Shown: in pieces, positions 19,420 through 28,886 of the stretch
How the letters are laid out: each line of letters opens with the position of its first letter
How positions within the stretch are numbered: position 1 is the stretch's first letter
Assembly (NCBI GenBank): GCA_043747615.1
Contig: JAYTOU010000053.1
Coordinates: 32,001 to 96,000 of the forward strand
Direction: 5' to 3'
Source of the DNA: Myxococcales bacterium
GTDB taxonomy: Bacteria > Myxococcota_A > Polyangia > Polyangiales > Polyangiaceae
DNA: 64,000 nucleotides
The notes under the pieces: model-generated
The model's input: the letters and a program-made list of their open reading frames with translations, nothing else
Told to the model about the DNA's origin: nothing
Database searches by the model: none
Translations under genes and position numbers: made by a program

Positions 19420-22400
19420 GCGGCGGTCGCTTTTTACATCGACTCTTCGCGGCGAACGTCATCGTCGGACTCGCTCTTTTCGTCGTGGGGTGCGGGCCGC
19501 GCGTTCCAGCGAAAGGTCCGGTCCCCGATGCCCAGTCGTCCTTCGCCGCGTGGACGCCGGCCGAAGTGGAAAGCGCGACGAGCACGCTCGGGCTAGCTCT
19601 CGACTTGATCGACGTACGCGGAGGTCAGCTCGTCAGGATCGTCACCGATCGCCCGATCGACGTGGGCGAGCGCGTGCGCACCGGCGGCGTCTCTGCCGAG
19701 ACATGGTGGAAGGCTTCACCGAAAGACGGAGTCGTCGTGCTTCGGACCTCGCTCTTCGCGACGGCCCTCATCGCCCCGCAACGCACGTTCGCAGACGTTC
19801 AGCTCGGACGGGGATCAGACCCAGGCGTCTACTGGTTCGATCTTGAGGCTCGCGTTCTCGATTGGGCGGGAGGGCCGCTGCCAGCACCGTTCCCGCACGT
19901 CGCGCAGCCTGACCGCATCGATCTCGAGTTCTTTCAGGCCCTCGATCACGCGCTGCAAGACGACGTCGCCCACGCCAAGAATCACGAGGCTGCGAGCGAG
20001 TTAGCGCGATCGATTCGCCGCGTTGCGGGGTTGCGTGCAATTCGCGCGCTCCGACCGGCGTCGGGTTTTCCTTACTTCTTCAACTACGACGTCGACGGGC
20101 GCGGCGGCGCCGTGGTCCAGGACGGCACCCACTCCGGATACCAAATCTCCCCCGACCACCCGGTCGAGCTCACGGTCGAGGGCCCGCAGCTCCTCTATGT
20201 CTGGACGAAGGCGCAAAAGCAGGAGGCAGAAGAGACCCTCGACCTTCGAGTGATGGAGGGAAAGAAGGAACGCGCTTCGAGCCTGGCCACGGTTGCCCGC
20301 GCCACGACGACCACCACGTCCGCCGAAGCCGCGCCGGGCTCGACGTACAACGCAGGAGCGACGCTCCTTCCTCTGCGCCGCGCGCTGATCCACGTTCCGC
20401 CGGGCGCTCACACCTACCAGATGAAGATCGCCGGAGGGCCGGCCGTCGTCTTCCCAATCACGGCGAAGCCCGTTTTGCACCTGGGTGATGCGTTCGCAGG
20501 AACAGCGAGCGAGACGAGCCAGCTCGAACGAGCGAAGAGCGCGTGCGGGAACGCGTCCGGTATCTGCGCGATGGCGATGGCTCTCCGCGGTGAAGATCGC
20601 GAGGCGTCTTGGACGACCGCGATCGCGGCCACGGGTCAGATCTCGCGCGCCGTCGCCGAGGACATTTCCGCAGGCGCACCCCAAGACCCGACCTTGCGGA
20701 TCGAACGGGCGGCGTCGCGCGGCGACTCAGCGTCCCTCACGAAGCTGTCAGCCATGGCAGGCCATACGGTCGACGAAGCCGTTCGTCACGCCTGGGTTCG
20801 CGCGCTCGAAAAAGGGACGGAGTGGGGCGTAGCCGACGCAGAGACGGGCGACGGAACGTGGGCCGCGCTTTTTCTCGAGCACAAAACCGAGCTGCCGATC
20901 TGCAGAAAGGTCATGGAGTCGACGTGGCCCGAGGTGACCGATCAGGAGGCCAATTATAAGGCCGGGCACTGGCACGGAGTACCCACCGTGGAGTTCGTGG
21001 CCACGGGGCCGTGCGACGGCCTCGGAGCCGTTGAGCTCTCCGTCGACGGAGACAACCTCAACGCGAATCCTGGCGGAGCGCTCGTCCATTGGCACGTACG
21101 GGTCGCGGGCGACGTTGCACGCGTGAGCCGGAAGGACAGGGGCGCGACCCACGTCTATGCGATCCCAGTCGAGCTCGCTGCGTGTGGTGCGACCTGGGAA
21201 TCGGTCCGCGCGCCGCACATCGCATCGACGTCTCCGAAGCTGACCTTCGGAGAGTCGAGCCATGGTCCAGGTCTCGAAATTTGGCTCCAGGCAGACTCGG
21301 TGCATGGCGAGGTCGTCGTCACCCCTCTGCGTGCGGATGCGGGCGAGAGCTTCCGGATCGTCGTCGACTCGCCAAAGGACACGGGGGCGAAGGAGAGCCT
21401 CGCCGCGATCGACGACAAAGGCGTTCGCTGGCTTCGCGTGGCAAGGGTGGCCCTTCCCGCCTGGGCTGCGGTGGGAGTGCAGATCGGCGGCCCGACCGAC
21501 GTCGCCGTGCGAGCCATGACCCGAAAAGCGCGCACGCCGACTGCAGGCGCGGAGCGAGCCACGACGCTTTTGCCCGAGCCCGCGGACGAAGCAGCCTTCG
21601 TGAAGATCACCCGCGAGCTCCTCGCCCTCCCGCGCCGTGAGCGCGGCCCTTCCTACTTGGCCCGGGCCCTGATGCTTGCCCGCTCCGGCGCCAGGCGCGG
21701 CGCGCTCGAAGACGCTCAAACCGCAGCGATCCTCGGAGCACGCGGACCGAACGCCGAGGACGCGGTCGCACTCGTTCGTACGCAGCTCCGCCCTCGAGCG
21801 ACTGCGCAGTCGCTCCCACAGGGCATGCACGCGTACGCCGTCGAGAGCGATTTCGAGCCGGGCGCACGGCGCTGCGAAGCGGGCAACGGTCCACGCGCGA
21901 GGGTCGCTGCCACGGTCGCCGAAATGGCCGCGTTCACGAAAGCCCACGAGAAGGACAAAGATCACCCCTATGACGCGGCGCTCGCCATGCGCGTGAACGA
22001 AGCGGTGTCTGCGAGCCCGCTCGATCCGCGCGCCGCAGCGCTGGTCACTCGCTCCGCAGCAGGCTCGCGCTGGAAGCTTCGCCGTGAGGTGATCGGCAAC
22101 GCGCAGCGAGTTCCGCGCGAAAGAGTTACGCGACACGAGGGCCCCATCGAGAACGGCGCCGAGCTCCGACCGCGCGTTCTCACGGGCGCGCCTTTCGAAG
22201 ACGGCACCTACGCGATCCTCAGCCAAACGCGTCCTGCGAAAGCGATCCTCGCCAAAACCGTCGCCAAGTCGCAGCTCCAGATCGCCTGCGTGCGCCGCAC
22301 GGAAACGTTGGAAACCAGCGCGCGCTGTCCCATCTTCGTCACGGTCGGAACGAATCCGCCCGTGAACCCGGAGATCGGGCCGGACGGTCGCGTGAACTTC

Positions 22401-23924
22401 CCGCTGAACCTCAGCCCCGATCAGCCGACGCCCGTGACGATTGCTCTCGGCGAAGGCGGCGCCTCGTGGGCGGTGCTCACCCGGATCGTGTTCGATCGGG
22501 AGATGCAGGACGCGACCTCCGTTCGTGGCGTCGGGTGGATCCTCGAGCCGCCTCACGTCGACTACCGCCTCCTCGTTCGCGCAGGAGAATCCGTTGGCGT
22601 GAACTACGCGTCGAGCTCTCTCGTGCGGATCGACGCCCGGGAAGAGCCTGGCTCGCATGCCCGCGTGATGGTCACGTACGACGGCAAGGAGGAGAGCCTC
22701 TCTACAGACGGCGAGCCGATCGTCGTAGCTCTCCCGAAGGCCGGCCCGCTCCGCATCAAGGTCGTCGGGGGAGCAGCCACCTTGGCGATCGCCGAACGCG
22801 TGCCGAAGACCGAGCCTCTCGGCGAAATCGTCGACGACGCTCCGGTCGAATCAGAGACGGCTGATTCAGCCGACGGATCCACAGCCCTCGGAAAAGGCAC
22901 GGTCGATCTCGATCTGTCTGCGAACAGCGTAGCCGGAGCGCAACGGTGGCGCGACGCGGTTGATCGCTCGCCGGGGCCGCTCACGGATTTCCAGTCGTCG
23001 TTCGGTACGTTGGCCGTCGAGACCGGAGCGCTGTACGGAAATATTCGCGACGCGATTCCCGGAGGCAAAGGATACGACGGCTACGCGTTCGGATTCGTCA
23101 GTTACCGCCGGCGCATCGAAGCAATCGATCTATGGACGGACTTTCAGGCGAGCGGGCGCATCCGCGACGGCGGGCCGAGCACGTACAACTTCGGCGCCTC
23201 CTTCTACGAGGACGCAGAAAAGTTCCACCTCCGCTTCACCGGCGGCGTCGACTTCTTCAGCCAGCGCGTCGGCGACGAGCAAGTGCGCACGTTCCGCCCT
23301 CACGGGTTCGCCGAGTACAGCTGGCGAGTCACGCGAAGCTTCTTCGTCCTTCCCCGCGTCGGGTACGACGGGTTCTACAACTCCCGCCCGAGCGGCAGGA
23401 CGTACTCTCTCGACAAAGTCGACGACGACGTCGTCAACTCGTACCGCGAACGGCGTTCGACCGCGGGCTATGGCCAGCTCCTCTTCTGGTACACGCCGTA
23501 CTTCAACGACATCTTTTACCTTCGCGCGCGCACCTCCTTCGATCCCACGGATCCGGCCTTGATGCATACGGCTCTCCGTCCAGGCTTCTTTCTCGCGTTC
23601 GGTCAGCTCGACGTGAACGGCTACATCAACGGGACACGTTACGAAGCCACCGAGACGTTCGCGAAAGCGACGGCGTACGAGGGCAGCGGCGGGCTCAAGG
23701 TCCTCTACAACTTCTGGGAAAAAATGGGCTCGCTCAACGTGCAGCCTGGTGTGGGAACCGTATACCGCGTGAACGACAATGCATGGCAGGCCACCCTCTT
23801 CGTGAACGTGCTCCTCAGTTACCGCCGCGGCCTCCGCGACTATTCGTCGCTCGATCTCGATTTTCCGGAGCAACTCGGCGGCGGCATCCCCTGGCGCGGA
23901 GCGACGCCCGGTCAATACAGATGA
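19416..23924 (+). CDS. 1502-aa lipoprotein with probable C-terminal outer-membrane beta-barrel (putative polymer export protein)
   Basis: Lipobox FVVGC; TPR-like helix pair; the last ~310 aa are aromatic-rich alternating strands. Confidence 0.75.
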   Translation: MSGGRFLHRLFAANVIVGLALFVVGCGPRVPAKGPVPDAQSSFAAWTPAEVESATSTLGLALDLIDVRGGQLVRIVTDRPIDVGERVRTGGVSAETWWKASPKDGVVVLRTSLFATALIAPQRTFADVQLGRGSDPGVYWFDLEARVLDWAGGPLPAPFPHVAQPDRIDLEFFQALDHALQDDVAHAKNHEAASELARSIRRVAGLRAIRALRPASGFPYFFNYDVDGRGGAVVQDGTHSGYQISPDHPVELTVEGPQLLYVWTKAQKQEAEETLDLRVMEGKKERASSLATVARATTTTTSAEAAPGSTYNAGATLLPLRRALIHVPPGAHTYQMKIAGGPAVVFPITAKPVLHLGDAFAGTASETSQLERAKSACGNASGICAMAMALRGEDREASWTTAIAATGQISRAVAEDISAGAPQDPTLRIERAASRGDSASLTKLSAMAGHTVDEAVRHAWVRALEKGTEWGVADAETGDGTWAALFLEHKTELPICRKVMESTWPEVTDQEANYKAGHWHGVPTVEFVATGPCDGLGAVELSVDGDNLNANPGGALVHWHVRVAGDVARVSRKDRGATHVYAIPVELAACGATWESVRAPHIASTSPKLTFGESSHGPGLEIWLQADSVHGEVVVTPLRADAGESFRIVVDSPKDTGAKESLAAIDDKGVRWLRVARVALPAWAAVGVQIGGPTDVAVRAMTRKARTPTAGAERATTLLPEPADEAAFVKITRELLALPRRERGPSYLARALMLARSGARRGALEDAQTAAILGARGPNAEDAVALVRTQLRPRATAQSLPQGMHAYAVESDFEPGARRCEAGNGPRARVAATVAEMAAFTKAHEKDKDHPYDAALAMRVNEAVSASPLDPRAAALVTRSAAGSRWKLRREVIGNAQRVPRERVTRHEGPIENGAELRPRVLTGAPFEDGTYAILSQTRPAKAILAKTVAKSQLQIACVRRTETLETSARCPIFVTVGTNPPVNPEIGPDGRVNFPLNLSPDQPTPVTIALGEGGASWAVLTRIVFDREMQDATSVRGVGWILEPPHVDYRLLVRAGESVGVNYASSSLVRIDAREEPGSHARVMVTYDGKEESLSTDGEPIVVALPKAGPLRIKVVGGAATLAIAERVPKTEPLGEIVDDAPVESETADSADGSTALGKGTVDLDLSANSVAGAQRWRDAVDRSPGPLTDFQSSFGTLAVETGALYGNIRDAIPGGKGYDGYAFGFVSYRRRIEAIDLWTDFQASGRIRDGGPSTYNFGASFYEDAEKFHLRFTGGVDFFSQRVGDEQVRTFRPHGFAEYSWRVTRSFFVLPRVGYDGFYNSRPSGRTYSLDKVDDDVVNSYRERRSTAGYGQLLFWYTPYFNDIFYLRARTSFDPTDPALMHTALRPGFFLAFGQLDVNGYINGTRYEATETFAKATAYEGSGGLKVLYNFWEKMGSLNVQPGVGTVYRVNDNAWQATLFVNVLLSYRRGLRDYSSLDLDFPEQLGGGIPWRGATPGQYR

Positions 23925-26900
23925 TGGGCGCGAGCGGCCTTCCAAAGATCGATTCACTTCGAGAGCGGCTCGCCGCTCCTGAGCTCGCGCAGGCGCGGGC
24001 GTTGCTCGTGCAAGGTGGCGTTCTCGCGCTCCTCGATCATGCATTCGCCTCGCTCGGCGAAATCGCCGCCTCGCGCGCCCGGTTCGAAGAGCTGTCACGC
24101 GTGATCGAAGGGCGCCCTCCGATGGAGCGTCGGCAGGTGATCGAAGGTTATCTGCGGGCCACGGCGGGATCCCCACCTGCGCTCAAGGAAGACCTGCAGG
24201 CGCTCCACGGACCAGACGGGCTCCTCGATCCCGCAGCGCTCGGCGAGCGGACGGAGCGGATGGCCGATCAGCTCGAGCGTGTGATCGAGATGAACCTTGC
24301 CCTGATGAACGTCGCCCTCTCGCCGACCGACATGGTGGGAGTGAACGTGAAGCTCTTGATGCCGCTCGCCAAGACCTCGGGCCGCTGGTCGCGCCGGGTC
24401 GAAGCGCTCGGTCTGATTGGCCAGCTCTCGCGCGCCGACATCAACCCGGCGAACCGCACGTCGATGGCCGTGCTCACCCGCCAGCTCGCTGCCCGCACCG
24501 AGCATCGCTGGGTGCAGCCGGCAGCGCTCGACGCCTTCGCCGCCGCCAACGTCGACGCCGCCCACGAGATGGCGCGCGAGCGCTTGACCAAGCCCGATGG
24601 GGGCGACGACTTTCTGGTGCGCGCACGCATCGTGGACCTCATCCCGCGGTACCGAAACGTTGGCTGGTCCGACCTTCTGCCGCTCGCCTGGGCAGATCCA
24701 AGTGATCTCGTGCGGCTCACCGCCGCCAACATCGAACGCGAGGTGCCAGCGCTCGAGACGGCGGCCTGCCGAGACTCGAGTCACAAAGTGCGCGCGGCGG
24801 CGCTCATTGCGTTTGCCAAGCGAGCGGACGATCAAGCGGCACCGGCGATGGCGTATGCCCTCGCGAACGACACGAACGATTTCGTCGTGCAGACGGCAGC
24901 CGAAGAGCTCGTCGCGCTGGTCCGGCGGGGAAAAGCTCCCTCGCTCGAAGTGCAATCGGCGCTCCAGCACGCTGCGGAGCGCGTCGATCTGGGACCGGCA
25001 GTTCGTACGGGGTGTGCCGACGCGCTCGCCGAGATCGACGTCCTGTCGAACGCCATCAAACGCTCGGTCTACGACGCGCTCGTCCCCATCGTAGACAACA
25101 CGCCAGTGGGCGGCTCGACGCGCATCCTCAGCAAAGTTTTTTCGGTCATGGACGACGAGAGCCTCGGTCGCGTCCTCACCGTCATCGCGCGCGCCGACTA
25201 CGCGCTGTCGATCGATCGCATTCCCGAGGGGATCATCCTCTACCGCGGTGAGCCGCGAAAATTCGCGTTCTGGCGCTTCCTCTTCGAGCTTCGCAACCCG
25301 ACACCGAGCAAGCGTCAGGCCTTCGTACATACGTGGGGGCGGAAGCCGCGAGGGTCACTTCGCGCGCCGCCGGGGGGCCTCGCCGAGCTCACCGCGACTC
25401 AGGTTCCGGGTGAGCGCGTGCTCGTCGAGCGTTCGGGCGGTTGGGGGCGTCACCTCCCCCTCGTCGATGATCTCCTGGCGACAGGGGTCTTCACTCCGAA
25501 GCCGGTAGCCATCTCCAGCGCGTTCGGGATCACCCGATTGCAACCGCCGGCTAGTCTCGCCGAGCGTGCGCACGCCTGGCTCACGCTCAGCTTTCGCTAC
25601 GCGGCACTCGCCGATCTTCGCCGGCGCGCGCTCGACTCAGACGAGCCTGCGACGCAGCTCGCGTACGTGAACGAGGTGACGCGCGCGACAGGAATTTTGT
25701 TGAGCTATGCGCCGCACCGCTTCGGCGGCGTCTCCGGAGGACTCGAGCTCTCGGCTCCAACGGGCCTTTCGTACGTGGTCCCTCCGCGAAACGTCGAGAT
25801 GCCCGAGCGGCACATGACGCCACCCCCTCCGCCTGGTCCACATTCATTCACATTCATGGCGCCGGGCCCTCTCAGCATGATCACCGATCGCTTTCCGGAG
25901 CTCGGAGAAACGTGGCACAGCCTCACCTCGTACGCGGCATCGTCGCAAGGCAATCGCCTTCCTGAGCTCGCGGCTTACGTGCTCGTCGTTCTCGGCGCGA
26001 TGATGGCGCGGGCCATCGTGATCCGCCGTGCGATCGAGCATGACAGACGAGCGATCCCGCTAGTGATCGGGGGCTGGGGCACTCGCGGAAAATCGGGGAC
26101 GGAGCGGCTGAAAGCAGGTCTTTTCCAGGGTCTCGGCCACGAGACACTTGTGAAGACGACGGGCTGCGAGGCCATGTTCATTCACTCGATTCCGGGCATG
26201 CCGGCGCGCGAAGTTTTCATCTACCGCCCTTACGACAAAGCCACGGTCTGGGAGCAGCGCGACGTGCTCAGCCTCGGAAGGCGCTTCGGCGCGCGCGTGT
26301 TTCTGTACGAATGCATGGCGCTCCAGCCCGATCTCGTGAACCTGATCCAAGCGCAGTGGATGCGCGACGACATGTCCACGCTAACGAACGCGTATCCCGA
26401 CCACGAGGACGTTCAGGGTCCGGCGGGGTTCGACGTGGCCACGACCATCAGCGAGTTCATTCCGACGAAAGGCATGCTCTTCACCTCTGAAGATCAGATG
26501 CTACCGATCCTCGCGGGTGCAGCGAAGGAGCGCGGAACCACCATGCGCTCGGTTCCCCAGCGCGAAGCCGAGCTCATCTCCGATGACCTACTCAAGCGCT
26601 TCCCTTACCAGGAGCACCCGCGCAACATCGCACTGGTCACCTCGATGGCTCGTGCCCTAGGAATTGCGCCCTTGTTGGCGATCGTCGAGATGGCCGACAA
26701 CGTGGTCCCCGACCTCGGCGTCCTCAAGACGTACCCCACCGTTCCCTGGCTTGGTCGCCAGCTGACCTTCAGCAACGGGATGAGCGCCAACGAGCGGACC
26801 GGAGCGCTCGCCAACTGGCGGCGAACGGGCTTCGACAAGCTCGAGCCCGATTCGGATCCCAAACGCTGGGTGATCACGGTCGTCAACAACCGCGGCGATC

Positions 26901-28033
26901 GCATTGCGCGGAGCGAGGTCTTCGCGCGCTTTCTCGTGGAGGACATCGCCGCCCACCGCCACATCCTCATTGGGTCAAACGTCGGCGGACTGGTGGGCTT
27001 CATTCGGACCGCGCTCGATCGTCATCTCCTCGCGTCGTCGCCTACGCACAACCTCGCGGGGTCACCGGCCGAGGCCATGCAAACCGCGCGGAGCCGGATC
27101 GACCGCGCGTTCGCGAAGCTGAAGATCGGCAAGACCACCACGGCAAGCGTGCTCGCCGAGTGCGCGGCGCTCGGATTTCCGCAGCTCGATCCCGCGCTCG
27201 TGGAAAGGCTGCTCGCGCCTTCCGCGCCGACGGAGCCTTACGAGGCGGGACGTCGCGCGGTCGAAAGTGCGTTTGCCAACTTCGAAGATGCCGAGCGTCG
27301 TCCCTACGTCGTCGCGATGATCGCCCGCCGGCGCGCCGTTATCGCGATCCATCAGCTCGTGACCCAGGCACTCGCGAGCGATCCGAAGTCCATCGATCGC
27401 GCCTTCGGGGCTACGTACCGCGCGCTCTTCGACGAGGGCGTCATCCCCCTCGTCGACTACTCGCTGACCGGCGATCAGATCATCGACATCATCGCCAAGC
27501 GGACACCTCCGGGAGCGAACGTGTCGATCATGGGCGTCCAGAACATCAAGGGGACGGGGCTCGATTTCGTGTACCGGTGGGTGGGCACGGACATGGTGGC
27601 GAAATCGCTGAATGGCCTAAAATCGCCGACGAAGGAGCAGCGTGAGCGCGCTCTCCGTGAGCTCCTCGTCCACGACGACTACGGCCTGGTCGATGCGTCG
27701 CTCGCGCTCGGCACCGTCGAGGAAGCACGAGATCGCGACACTGAGCGGGCGACGCTTCCCTACGACGCCGTGGTGGCTCGGCTGCGTGATGTCGTGGCGA
27801 CGCGGACCAAGAAGCTTACCGCCAAAGGAAAAGCGAGCGTTACCGCGCGGGTGCGAAAGTTGTTCGGAGAGACGTTCGACTACCTCGATTCCGTGCGGCG
27901 CCAACGAATGGCGCGCGACGTGGTGACCGCGCTCGTGGCAGGGCGGATGTCGCACGCAATGGCGGCGGTGCGCATGCGCGAGATCGTCGCCCGGGCAAAA
28001 GGTCAGTGGATGGTCGCCGCGCAATCCGGCTGA
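23921..28033 (+). CDS. pgsB: Poly-gamma-glutamate synthase PgsB/CapB fused to an N-terminal HEAT-like repeat region
   Basis: ATGA overlap at 23921. GTRGKS P-loop, KTTG, ECMALQP, TNAYPDHEDVQG, FSNGMSANE, NNRGDRIARS, GVQNIKG are CapB/PgsB motifs. HEAT-like units DPSDLVRLTAA, DSSHKVRAAAL, DTNDFVVQTAA. Confidence 0.9.
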   Translation: MMGASGLPKIDSLRERLAAPELAQARALLVQGGVLALLDHAFASLGEIAASRARFEELSRVIEGRPPMERRQVIEGYLRATAGSPPALKEDLQALHGPDGLLDPAALGERTERMADQLERVIEMNLALMNVALSPTDMVGVNVKLLMPLAKTSGRWSRRVEALGLIGQLSRADINPANRTSMAVLTRQLAARTEHRWVQPAALDAFAAANVDAAHEMARERLTKPDGGDDFLVRARIVDLIPRYRNVGWSDLLPLAWADPSDLVRLTAANIEREVPALETAACRDSSHKVRAAALIAFAKRADDQAAPAMAYALANDTNDFVVQTAAEELVALVRRGKAPSLEVQSALQHAAERVDLGPAVRTGCADALAEIDVLSNAIKRSVYDALVPIVDNTPVGGSTRILSKVFSVMDDESLGRVLTVIARADYALSIDRIPEGIILYRGEPRKFAFWRFLFELRNPTPSKRQAFVHTWGRKPRGSLRAPPGGLAELTATQVPGERVLVERSGGWGRHLPLVDDLLATGVFTPKPVAISSAFGITRLQPPASLAERAHAWLTLSFRYAALADLRRRALDSDEPATQLAYVNEVTRATGILLSYAPHRFGGVSGGLELSAPTGLSYVVPPRNVEMPERHMTPPPPPGPHSFTFMAPGPLSMITDRFPELGETWHSLTSYAASSQGNRLPELAAYVLVVLGAMMARAIVIRRAIEHDRRAIPLVIGGWGTRGKSGTERLKAGLFQGLGHETLVKTTGCEAMFIHSIPGMPAREVFIYRPYDKATVWEQRDVLSLGRRFGARVFLYECMALQPDLVNLIQAQWMRDDMSTLTNAYPDHEDVQGPAGFDVATTISEFIPTKGMLFTSEDQMLPILAGAAKERGTTMRSVPQREAELISDDLLKRFPYQEHPRNIALVTSMARALGIAPLLAIVEMADNVVPDLGVLKTYPTVPWLGRQLTFSNGMSANERTGALANWRRTGFDKLEPDSDPKRWVITVVNNRGDRIARSEVFARFLVEDIAAHRHILIGSNVGGLVGFIRTALDRHLLASSPTHNLAGSPAEAMQTARSRIDRAFAKLKIGKTTTASVLAECAALGFPQLDPALVERLLAPSAPTEPYEAGRRAVESAFANFEDAERRPYVVAMIARRRAVIAIHQLVTQALASDPKSIDRAFGATYRALFDEGVIPLVDYSLTGDQIIDIIAKRTPPGANVSIMGVQNIKGTGLDFVYRWVGTDMVAKSLNGLKSPTKEQRERALRELLVHDDYGLVDASLALGTVEEARDRDTERATLPYDAVVARLRDVVATRTKKLTAKGKASVTARVRKLFGETFDYLDSVRRQRMARDVVTALVAGRMSHAMAAVRMREIVARAKGQWMVAAQSG

Positions 28034-28063
28034 TCTCGCCCCCTCGCGGTGCGGAGCGCCTGC

Positions 28064-28864
28064 TTACGGCGAGACGAAATCGGAAGCTTGGCGGGGTGCG
28101 ACTTCGCCGTTCAAAAGCGGCGTGGCAATGCCGGTGATCGAGACGAACTTCTGGTTGGGGGCGGGGTACTTTCCTCCCATTTCGAAATTCGGACCGTAGA
28201 TCCCCGAGAAAAAGGCTCCGGAACCGCTGAAGGTTCCGAACGCAGTGGGCGTCCCAACCCCGAACGGAGCGGGCGGCTGAATGGTCACCACCATCGATTC
28301 GAAGTCTTTGTAGCTCGGGCTCCCTTTCGCGGCCTGGAACGGGTCTTGGAGCACCTGCGGTTTGATGATTCCATTAGCGCCCGTCTTCGTGATGCCCTTC
28401 ACGACGACCGCGTGCTCGGTGATGAGCGATGCGCCCGCGTCGTCCGTCGGCGTCACGACGCTTGCTGTGCCGTTGACGCTGTAGACGTCGCCGAGCGTCA
28501 CCACTGCGTCGAGGGGCGTTCCGCTATTCGGGATGTCGGGACACGTACAATTGCCGCCTTGGCAGAACATACCGAAGGCATGGAGCATGATTCCTGAGGG
28601 CGCGGGGCCCACGGGATCCTGCGCGAACGCGCGGTACCTGCACTTCATCGAGCCGGTCTTCTCGACGCCCGCAGAGATCGCGACCCCGGTGATCACGAGA
28701 CCGACCAGGGTAACCGGCGCCCCCTGGGCCAACGTGCCGACGTCGATGTCGTGCACGGACCCCATTGCTTGTGCGTCTGCGCCAGGGTCCTTGGACGGTG
28801 TCGCTGCCGTGCACGCCGTGACGAGCATTGCGACGAAAAGTGAAGAAGCGGATCGCTGCAGCAT
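28064..28864 (-). CDS. Hypothetical lipoprotein
   Basis: Lipobox LVTAC; beta-rich, possibly OB-fold-like (VITGV...FAQD...SGI). Confidence 0.7.
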   Translation of the reverse strand: MLQRSASSLFVAMLVTACTAATPSKDPGADAQAMGSVHDIDVGTLAQGAPVTLVGLVITGVAISAGVEKTGSMKCRYRAFAQDPVGPAPSGIMLHAFGMFCQGGNCTCPDIPNSGTPLDAVVTLGDVYSVNGTASVVTPTDDAGASLITEHAVVVKGITKTGANGIIKPQVLQDPFQAAKGSPSYKDFESMVVTIQPPAPFGVGTPTAFGTFSGSGAFFSGIYGPNFEMGGKYPAPNQKFVSITGIATPLLNGEVAPRQASDFVSP

Positions 28865-28886
28865 TCAGCTACGACTACCACGAACC

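Noticed and set aside
19434..19436. bldA-like control of the pgs operon via a TTA at codon 7 of the barrel gene, near tRNA-Leu(TAA)
   Set aside because: In-frame TTA also occurs in clpA, the M1 peptidase and the VWA gene, so there is no evidence of specificity.
23132..23920. N-terminal extension of the CapB ORF in the track (1633 aa)
   Set aside because: Arg-rich shadow frame overlapping the barrel gene; the ATGA junction at 23921 is the credible start.
28075..28083. CGAAATCGG matching the tRNA-Thr 3' end as a possible attR bounding the pgs operon
   Set aside because: Only 9 bp, inside a coding sequence, flanks mismatch; the operon looks host-like in composition and has no intact integrase.
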